11,153 bases of DNA from Oligoflexales bacterium (lineage in GTDB: Bacteria > Bdellovibrionota_B > Oligoflexia > Oligoflexales > Bog-1112), in assembly GCA_045105515.1 (NCBI GenBank), contig JBGCDR010000237.1, positions 1 to 11,153 of the forward strand. Reading direction: 5' to 3'. The notes under the pieces were generated by a model, which worked only from the letters and a program-made list of their open reading frames with translations, ran no database searches and was not told the DNA's origin. Position 1 is the first letter of the stretch, and each line of letters begins with the position of its first letter. Below are positions 1 to 6,097 of the stretch, one piece after another. Made by a program: the position numbers and the translations under genes.

Positions 1-100
1 GAAGATATTTAATTGCCGAAAATATGGTATTTTTCACTTATCACTGGAAAATAAGAAGAGTTTTTAAAATTAATTTCAACCGCGATAAAAAAAACTGAGT

Positions 101-129
101 TGCAAAGGCAAGAATTTAGTTTCCGACCA
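101..129 (+). promoter_or_regulatory. Putative sigma28 (FliA)-like promoter upstream of the CheA-like kinase
   Basis: CAAA(103-106)-N15-TCCGACCA(122-129) resembles TAAA-N15-GCCGATAA. It is followed by AGGA (140-143) and ATG at 150. A similar 29-mer occurs at 10591-10619. Confidence 0.45.
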
Positions 130-149
130 GACACTAAATAGGAAAAAAT

Positions 150-191
150 ATGAAAAAAATAGATTTAAAAAGTATTATCAAACCTTACTAA
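150..191 (+). other. 13-codon upstream ORF (MKKIDLKSIIKPY*) in frame with the kinase; leader peptide or the kinase's original N-terminus
   Basis: ATG at 150 preceded by AGGA. TAA at 189-191 is in the same frame as TTG198 and ATG225 of the 593-aa ORF. Confidence 0.5.
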
Positions 192-197
192 ACTAAA

Positions 198-1979
198 TTG
201 AAAGCCAGGACACGGATCACAAAAATGAGTCTTTCCAGCAGAGTTTTATTGTCATTCCTAATCATTTCAATATTTTTTATAGTTGTTCTCAGTATATTTT
301 TAGAGAATAGGGTGTTAATTCTCATAGCATGTGTAGCAGTTGTTGGTATTTTTTCGGTATTTCAAATTAAGGCAAAATTTATAAAAATTAGAAATCAGAA
401 TGCTAAGCTCGAAGTTTTAATGGAAGAAAGAACCAAAAAATTAAAACAAAAAAGTAGAGACATAGAAAACATGTTAAAGTACCTCGAGCAGGGGATTTTT
501 ATGATTGATGAACACGAAATTGTGCATCATGAGTATTCTGCATTTTTAGAAAATATACTAGATACAAAATCCATTTCTGGAAATAATGCGATAGACCTCC
601 TTTTTAACGATTCAAATTTACCCGAAGATGACATTTCAGCTATGCATTCTGCAATTTCATTGATTCTTGGGGAAAAGCCGGTTAATTTTCGCATCAACCA
701 ACATTTTCTAAAAAAATCTATAGAAAAAAAATTTACAAATGGCTCTAACAAAAATCTCGAGATAAATTGGAATGCTATCGTTGATGAAGAAAATAATATA
801 GTTGATAAGTTATTAGTCTCCGTTCGCGATGTTACTCAATTTAAGAAGCTTAAATTACAAGCTGATATTCAGAGAACAGAATTGCTCATGGTAGGAGAGC
901 TATTGGAATGTGGGCCATTCAAAGCAAATAGCTTTTTTAAAAATTCTCAGGTCATGGCAAATTCGGCTTTTTTGGCACTTGAAAGCCTAACGGATGATTT
1001 CCAAGATAACGAACAGACTAATAAACTATTTGATAAGATTCTCAGAAATCTCCACACGGTTAAAGGAAATTCGAGAACACTAAAATTCTCATACCTTACA
1101 GAAGTCATTCATAGGTCTGAAGTAGAAGTAAAAGAGCTTAGAAAATATTTAAAACGAAAAAATGATCAGTATCTTAGTTCTCCTCAGTTCGAAAAAAGTG
1201 AAACATCTATTGAAATAGTTCGCCAAACTATTAACTCTTACTTAAGAATTTTGCGAGAAAAGTTATCTTCAAGAGAGAATGAAAATCCGAAGATTATTAA
1301 AGCAATCTCAGATATAGAAGATTATTCTAGTGAAAACATGAACTACTCTAAGGAGGAAAAGCTAAAACTAGCCGATCATGTCATTGAAAAGCTTAAATTT
1401 ATGAGAACTGATAGTTTAAAGGAAATCATAGTCGAGATTGCAGACAATTTACAAAGCACGGCTACAGAGCTGGGAATTGACAATCCTGGGTACATTTTTA
1501 ATGTAGATGAGACAATCCGATTTACTGAAGATCAAAAAAGCAAATGGGAAAATATTCTTATACACTGCCTAATAAACTCTCTTGACCACGGCTTAGCAGC
1601 GAGGGAGGATAGTAATTTCAAAGGCATTGTATTTGTTGATCTTTCAAAAAATAATGACACCGTAGAAATCAGACTTTCCGATAATGGTAGAGGCCTAAAC
1701 CTAGACAAGCTAAAAAAATCACAATTGAATGAATTATCCGACTACGATGCTGCAATGAGTATTTTCCAATCCGGGCTCTCAACTAAAGAAACTATTACAA
1801 AAATATCTGGGCAAGGAATAGGTATGGAGGCTGTAAAAAATTTCATAGAAAGACTTGGAGGTTCTGTAAGAATTGACTTCTCTGGAGAAAAAGACTCTGA
1901 AGGGCATCGACCCTTCAAATTAACCTTTCTACTGCCTATGAATTACTTTTCAACCGATACTTACAAACAAGCTTCATAG
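198..1979 (+). CDS. Membrane-anchored CheA-like histidine kinase (2 TM + coiled coil + PAS-like + Hpt + HATPase_c); start uncertain (TTG198 or ATG225)
   Basis: Two adjacent hydrophobic helices near the N-terminus. PAS-like segment LEQGIFMIDE...LLVSVRDVT. Hpt motif RNLHTVKGNSRTL (H286). CheA-type ATPase boxes HCLINSLDHG (N), DNGRGL (G1), IFQSGLST (F), SGQGIGMEAV (G2). No C-terminal CheW domain. Confidence 0.9.
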   Translation: MKARTRITKMSLSSRVLLSFLIISIFFIVVLSIFLENRVLILIACVAVVGIFSVFQIKAKFIKIRNQNAKLEVLMEERTKKLKQKSRDIENMLKYLEQGIFMIDEHEIVHHEYSAFLENILDTKSISGNNAIDLLFNDSNLPEDDISAMHSAISLILGEKPVNFRINQHFLKKSIEKKFTNGSNKNLEINWNAIVDEENNIVDKLLVSVRDVTQFKKLKLQADIQRTELLMVGELLECGPFKANSFFKNSQVMANSAFLALESLTDDFQDNEQTNKLFDKILRNLHTVKGNSRTLKFSYLTEVIHRSEVEVKELRKYLKRKNDQYLSSPQFEKSETSIEIVRQTINSYLRILREKLSSRENENPKIIKAISDIEDYSSENMNYSKEEKLKLADHVIEKLKFMRTDSLKEIIVEIADNLQSTATELGIDNPGYIFNVDETIRFTEDQKSKWENILIHCLINSLDHGLAAREDSNFKGIVFVDLSKNNDTVEIRLSDNGRGLNLDKLKKSQLNELSDYDAAMSIFQSGLSTKETITKISGQGIGMEAVKNFIERLGGSVRIDFSGEKDSEGHRPFKLTFLLPMNYFSTDTYKQAS

Positions 1980-1994
1980 ACCCTATTTTATGGT

Positions 1995-2645
1995 TTAGTC
2001 CCGAGCTTCCAAAACGATCTCATCACCTGGGTAGATAAGATGTGGGTTTTTAATTTGTGGATTCATTTCGTGAATAAGAGTCCACTTATGCATGTCACCA
2101 TATACTCTTTGAGCAATTTTTGAAAGCCAGTCACCCTTAGTGATAACATAGTTATCTGAAACAGATACTGTTTGAGTTTCTGCTACAACTTCGGCTTCTG
2201 TTTGACCTTCAGTTGATTCGGTGGTAAATTCATTTTCTTCATTAACAGTTTCAAGAGCTGTATCGCCTACTTCTTCAGTCATAGCTTCGGCTGGCTCACT
2301 ACTTGAATCTTCAGTAAGCTCACCTTCTTCTTGGCTAGCTGCAGTATCAGTATCAGTATCAGTATCAACAGCAGCTGCCTCTGTGGCGCCTAAAGAATTT
2401 TCTTCACTAGAGTCGTTTTCAGTCATCTCTTCTTCATTTAGATTTTCATTTCCAGCTTCTGCATTTTCGATATCTTCTTGAACACTTTCAGTTGTTTCGG
2501 TAGCAAGACTATCTTCAGTACTTGGTGCCTTAAAAAAGTAATAAGCACCAATACCAGCCAATAATAAAACTACAAAAACACCAAAATAAATTTGATTATT
2601 CCTATCAGACATCACGTCCTTCATTTTGTTTCCAAAGTTACTCAT
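1995..2645 (-). CDS. LysM peptidoglycan-binding protein with N-terminal TM anchor and long acidic low-complexity linker
   Basis: TM IYFGVFVVLLLAGIGAYYFF, then an E/T/D/S-rich linker, then a C-terminal LysM YVITKGDWLSKIAQRVYG...NPQIKNPHLIYPGDEIVL. RBS GAGGA at 2657-2653, 7 nt before ATG. Confidence 0.93.
   Translation of the reverse strand: MSNFGNKMKDVMSDRNNQIYFGVFVVLLLAGIGAYYFFKAPSTEDSLATETTESVQEDIENAEAGNENLNEEEMTENDSSEENSLGATEAAAVDTDTDTDTAASQEEGELTEDSSSEPAEAMTEEVGDTALETVNEENEFTTESTEGQTEAEVVAETQTVSVSDNYVITKGDWLSKIAQRVYGDMHKWTLIHEMNPQIKNPHLIYPGDEIVLEARD
2342..2367. repeat. Hexanucleotide tandem repeat (CAGTAT)4CA encoding DTDTDTDT in the LysM protein linker
   Basis: Read directly: cagtat cagtat cagtat cagtat ca. 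Unit length 6 preserves the frame. Confidence 0.9.
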
Positions 2646-2689
2646 TTTTTGATCCTCAATTATTCATGAAACTAATTACTATATCTAGC

Positions 2690-2705
2690 AGCAAGAACCG
2701 TACCC
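2690..2705 (-). promoter_or_regulatory. Sigma54 (RpoN) -24/-12 promoter for the LysM gene
   Basis: Minus strand reads GGGTACGGTTCTTGCT versus consensus TGGCACG-N4-TTGCW, with exact GG-N10-GC spacing. Predicted TSS about 2679, roughly 35 nt before ATG 2645. Confidence 0.7.
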
Positions 2706-2737
2706 AAATCCTATATGGATAATATTCCATGTTTTTT

Positions 2738-2756
2738 CATGTGAAGTATTCACGTG
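2738..2756. promoter_or_regulatory. Near-perfect palindrome, candidate transcription-factor site upstream of the sigma54 promoter
   Basis: CATGTGAAGTATTCACGTG with perfect core GTGAA-N3-TTCAC. Confidence 0.4.
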
Positions 2757-2924
2757 CCAAAACATGTCAATACCCTAGTAAGATCTATGAAAACAATAGA
2801 TTATCGCTTCTAAGAAATGGGTTTTCCCCATTAAATCTATGTCGGATTTGGCAAACTGATGGTAGGGAGTATCATGATAGTAAAATATCTAGACAGCAAA
2901 TTAAGAAACTTAATACTAATTATC

Positions 2925-2955
2925 ATGTAATTAGGAGGTGTAGCCTCAATTACAT
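2925..2955. other. Intergenic stem-loop containing an SD/anti-SD sequence
   Basis: ATGTAATT-AG-GAGG-TGTAG-CCTC-AATTACAT: 8+4 bp stem with a 2-nt bulge. Confidence 0.45.
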
Positions 2956-3082
2956 AATCATAAAATTTTACTAAATATTACGGAATTTGATATGTAGATC
3001 AATTTGACAGGTGTATATTTCATCGATAATAACTTGAAATCTTACCATTTACTACTACGATTTCTTTCAGAAAACTTTGCCT

Positions 3083-3886
3083 TTATTTATCCTCTAACAA
3101 CTTGCTTGCTTTTCCCGGAATACTTTTTAAATATGACCCACTTCCTACAGCAGTTTGAGAAACAAGACCATTTTTATCAATAAGTACGTATGAAGGTAGA
3201 GCCGGCACCATATAAGCATTGGAGGCTTCACCCTTTGGGTCAACTAGAGCAATAAAATTCTGTTTTTTTCCATTAAAAAAGGCCGATTGAGTAGAAACGT
3301 CCTCATTAGAGACCGTTAAAATTACTAACTTTTTACCTTTGTTTTTACCAATAAAGTTATCAAGATAAGGGAATGAGGCCCTACATGAGGGACACCACGT
3401 CGCCCAAAATTTAATTAGAACCACCTGCCCCTTCATTTCATTCAAATTTACTGTTTTACCAGCGATGCTAGTTAAATTAACAGGTTGAGCAGGTTTGCCT
3501 TCGTTTTTTTCTATGAGGCTCATTAAATCCGGACGCACCTCGAGAAATATGTTAAGGGTAGATTTTTTATTGGTACGCTCTATTTCAACAGCAACCTTCT
3601 GCCCAACCTCAAGTGACTGAATCATCTTATTGAGTGCTGCAGCAGTTTTCATAACGTGTGAATCGATGGAGAGAATGATGTCTCCTGTCTTTATACCTGA
3701 TTTTTGGGCTGGAGCTCCAGGAAGGGCCCTGGTGACTAAAACACCTTTTTCGTGAGTCTCAATTCCTACACCAAGCCATGGTTTTACTGATTTCGGGAGT
3801 GCATTGACTTGTTGATAATCAAGAAAAAAAATAAAACAAAACCAAACACAATAATACTGATATTTATTGCTATTCATACTTACCAT
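3083..3886 (-). CDS. Exported PDZ-domain + TlpA/ResA-like thioredoxin (redoxin) fusion protein
   Basis: Hydrophobic signal-like N-terminus ending VNA. PDZ signature PWLGVGI...GAPAQKSGIKTGDIILSID. Thioredoxin motif VVLIKFWATWCPSCR and cis-Pro region ALPSYVLIDKNG. Confidence 0.92.
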   Translation of the reverse strand: MVSMNSNKYQYYCVWFCFIFFLDYQQVNALPKSVKPWLGVGIETHEKGVLVTRALPGAPAQKSGIKTGDIILSIDSHVMKTAAALNKMIQSLEVGQKVAVEIERTNKKSTLNIFLEVRPDLMSLIEKNEGKPAQPVNLTSIAGKTVNLNEMKGQVVLIKFWATWCPSCRASFPYLDNFIGKNKGKKLVILTVSNEDVSTQSAFFNGKKQNFIALVDPKGEASNAYMVPALPSYVLIDKNGLVSQTAVGSGSYLKSIPGKASKLLEDK

Positions 3887-3895
3887 GTCTCTCTT

Positions 3896-3937
3896 GGCCT
3901 ATTTCTGGATGATGGCTCAATAGGCCCTTATTGAGCC
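3896..3937 (-). promoter_or_regulatory. Structured 5' leader of the PDZ-thioredoxin gene with two mutually exclusive hairpins
   Basis: Perfect 9-bp inverted repeat 3914-3922/3929-3937 and an overlapping perfect 8-bp inverted repeat 3896-3903/3919-3926. Confidence 0.55.
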
Positions 3938-3944
3938 TACAATG

Positions 3945-3953
3945 ATTCTAGCA
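3945..3953 (-). promoter_or_regulatory. Extended -10 sigma70-type promoter (TGcTAGAAT) for the PDZ-thioredoxin gene
   Basis: Minus strand TG-C-TAGAAT. Predicted TSS about 3938, directly at the foot of the leader hairpin. Confidence 0.5.
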
Positions 3954-4057
3954 TATCTTGCACTTACTAGAGGAAGGTTATACATAAATCTAAAAAGCAA
4001 TTTCAGCTTTACAAATATCAAGAAGCGAATAAAAACTATCCACATCTTATCCCTATA

Positions 4058-4070
4058 AATCAAGATATTA
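4058..4070 (+). promoter_or_regulatory. IHF-type binding site in the divergent promoter region
   Basis: AATCAAGATATTA matches WATCAANNNNTTR exactly, though the AT-rich background raises the chance of a random match. Confidence 0.35.
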
Positions 4071-4181
4071 CAAAATAAGCTAAATTCAAGTTAAACATTG
4101 TACGATCCAAGTATAGTGTCGAAAAGGTGAAAATTTCATTTTTTGCATATTTAAAAAATTATTTTATATTAGAGTGTTACC

Positions 4182-5870
4182 GTGAACAATTTTCTTATAT
4201 TCAGCTTTTTTATCGTAATTATAGGTGCTTGCTCCCAAGAAAATGTAGCCAATGTGGATGATAACGTCGCACAAGAAAATATTGAAAATAATAGTGACGA
4301 TGTCACAACCAATAATCCAAGCGACCAAACAAGTGAACAGGATCAAACAACCGTTGAAGAAAACAATAATGTTGAAGAAAATCTAACTACAGAAACTGAG
4401 GAAGTTACTCCAGACCCAGAGCCTGACCCAAATTCCGAACCCTCAGAAGATGAAGATACTGTGCCGCCTTCTGATCCCAGTATACAAATAAATTCAAATG
4501 AATATACAGAAAACTCATCCGTTACATTGAATCTAGCTGCATTAGATGCAACAGAAATGTATATAACAAACGATCCCAACTGCGCAGTGGGTGGCAGCTG
4601 GGAACCTTATACAACAACAAAAGATAATTGGACTCTTGGTGAGATGAATATAGAAACAAGGGTTTATGTTAAGTATCAAGATGAAGCTGAAAACGAAACA
4701 GACTGCGTCAGTGATAGCATCATTCATGATCAAAATGCTCCAACAGATCCTGATGGAATAGATGATGGAGCCTATACAATCACTACCACCGATTCACCAA
4801 GCATTTCGTGGATGGCAAGCACCGATAATGAAAGTGAAGTCGCGTATTACGAAGTAAGTATTGGCACCAGCCCCGGTGAAACTAACATCAAAATATGGAC
4901 TAATGTGGGCAACGTAACGACTGTCGATTTTAATGACTTAAATTTAGCTACAGGTTTGAGATATTTTGCCAATATCCGAGCTGTGGACCTTTTGGGAAAT
5001 ACCAGTAATCCAGGGTCTAGCGCTGGGTTCTTCTACAATTATTGTTATTCTATTGATAACAATGATGCATGGGTTTTTGTCCCTGGCGATGAAGATTATG
5101 CGACAGATGACTTTTGCGTAATGAAATATGAAGCTAAGAATGTTAATAATGCTCCAGCATCATTAAGTGCCGGTATCCCTTGGACAAGCATCAATCAAGG
5201 AGATGCTAAAACAGAATGTTCATCTTTAGGTACTAGATTCCATCTTCTGACAAATCCAGAGTGGATGACAATTACAGCTAACATGACCAACGTTACCAAT
5301 AATTGGAGTGGAGCGGCTGTAGGTTCTGGTGCCATGTTCACCGGACACTCTGATAATGATCCAAGCCGAGCGTGTCAAGCAAATGCTGATGACTTAAAAT
5401 CCTTCGTTAAGGATGGCAGTTGTACTGGTTTAGATGCTAATACAGCTGGTAATGGGGAAGCAATGCAAAGAAGGACTCACACCCTATCTTATGGTAATGC
5501 AATCTGGGATTTATCTGGAAATGTTAGAGAATGGATTGATAAAAACGAAAGCAGTGATAAGCCATCTATTGGTGGGGGTAATAATCCTGCTAACTATAAC
5601 GAGTTTACTGTGGTTGCAGGTTCTTCAAGCTTGGCTTTGTCCGAGCTTATTCCCACAAATGGCGTTAAAGCTTTTTGGGTAAACTCCTGGAATTCTACTC
5701 AAAGAATAGGTAGAGCTCTCATAGGAACTAATGGAAGTGGTGGTGCTATGACCCGTGGGGGAGGGTTTTCTGGTGGTGATAGAAATGGCTTATTTCGAAC
5801 CAGGCTGGATCAACCTTCATCGCAAACAGTCAACACACTCGGATTTCGCTGCGCGTATGATATTCCTTAA
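4182..5870 (+). CDS. Lipoprotein with acidic linker, Ig-like and FN3-like domains, and C-terminal FGE-sulfatase (SUMF1-like)/C-type-lectin-fold domain; probable surface ligand-binding protein
   Basis: GTG start. Lipobox-like IIGA-C17. N/E/D/T/P-rich linker. Beta-rich modules (ISWMASTDNESEVAYYEVSIGT, YFANIRAVDLLGN). CLec/FGE-fold hallmarks FCVMKYEAK, LLTNPEW, IWDLSGNVREW, RGG and terminal GFRC. Confidence 0.85.
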   Translation: MNNFLIFSFFIVIIGACSQENVANVDDNVAQENIENNSDDVTTNNPSDQTSEQDQTTVEENNNVEENLTTETEEVTPDPEPDPNSEPSEDEDTVPPSDPSIQINSNEYTENSSVTLNLAALDATEMYITNDPNCAVGGSWEPYTTTKDNWTLGEMNIETRVYVKYQDEAENETDCVSDSIIHDQNAPTDPDGIDDGAYTITTTDSPSISWMASTDNESEVAYYEVSIGTSPGETNIKIWTNVGNVTTVDFNDLNLATGLRYFANIRAVDLLGNTSNPGSSAGFFYNYCYSIDNNDAWVFVPGDEDYATDDFCVMKYEAKNVNNAPASLSAGIPWTSINQGDAKTECSSLGTRFHLLTNPEWMTITANMTNVTNNWSGAAVGSGAMFTGHSDNDPSRACQANADDLKSFVKDGSCTGLDANTAGNGEAMQRRTHTLSYGNAIWDLSGNVREWIDKNESSDKPSIGGGNNPANYNEFTVVAGSSSLALSELIPTNGVKAFWVNSWNSTQRIGRALIGTNGSGGAMTRGGGFSGGDRNGLFRTRLDQPSSQTVNTLGFRCAYDIP

Positions 5871-5994
5871 ACTTCTTTTTACTAAAAATCATCTTTTACA
5901 TCGTTCTTCATCTAACGAATCCAATCATATCCAACTTTATCTAGACTCAACTTTAAGATGGTATATTTATACCTGGTCATGTTCATAACTATTA

Positions 5995-6021
5995 TCAAAC
6001 AAAATATTAGCAATCCGATAA
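5995..6021 (+). promoter_or_regulatory. Putative sigma28 (FliA)-like promoter for the sulfatase-like gene pair
   Basis: TCAA(5995-5998)-N15-TCCGATAA(6014-6021): one mismatch in each box to TAAA-N15-GCCGATAA, 76 nt before ATG 6098. Confidence 0.55.
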
Positions 6022-6097
6022 GAAAATGTTTATAATTATCCAATAAAAGTGGAGAGCATAGACAAAATATACTTATATTCTCGTAATTTGGAAGAGC

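Noticed and set aside
527..751. 74-aa minus-strand ORF
   Set aside because: Antisense shadow inside the kinase gene with no recognisable motif.
2221..2481. 86-aa Ser/Val-rich ORF
   Set aside because: Antisense mirror of the low-complexity LysM linker.
2745..2770. Second sigma54-like TGGCACG and a TTGACA on the minus strand
   Set aside because: No GC at -12 (reads TACT), and TTGACA lacks a well-spaced -10.
2729..2974. 81-aa intergenic ORF
   Set aside because: No RBS or motif, atypical composition, and it overlaps apparent regulatory elements.
3004..3032. TTGACA...GATAAT on the + strand
   Set aside because: Spacer is only 15 nt and it points antisense into a gene end.
4036..4055. DnaA-box-like CTATCCACA and TTATCCCTA (also a perfect TTATCCACA at 6619-6627)
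   Set aside because: Mismatched or intragenic, not clustered, and no oriC context.
4164..4733. Three short minus-strand ORFs
   Set aside because: Antisense to the lipoprotein gene with no independent support.
5434..5988. Alternative-frame ORFs 5434-5682 and 5755-5988
   Set aside because: Overlap a well-supported CDS and have no motifs. The same applies to 6813-7046 and 9851-10051.
5740..6097. Complete diversity-generating retroelement
   Set aside because: No template repeat, reverse transcriptase or Avd-like gene is visible in the window.
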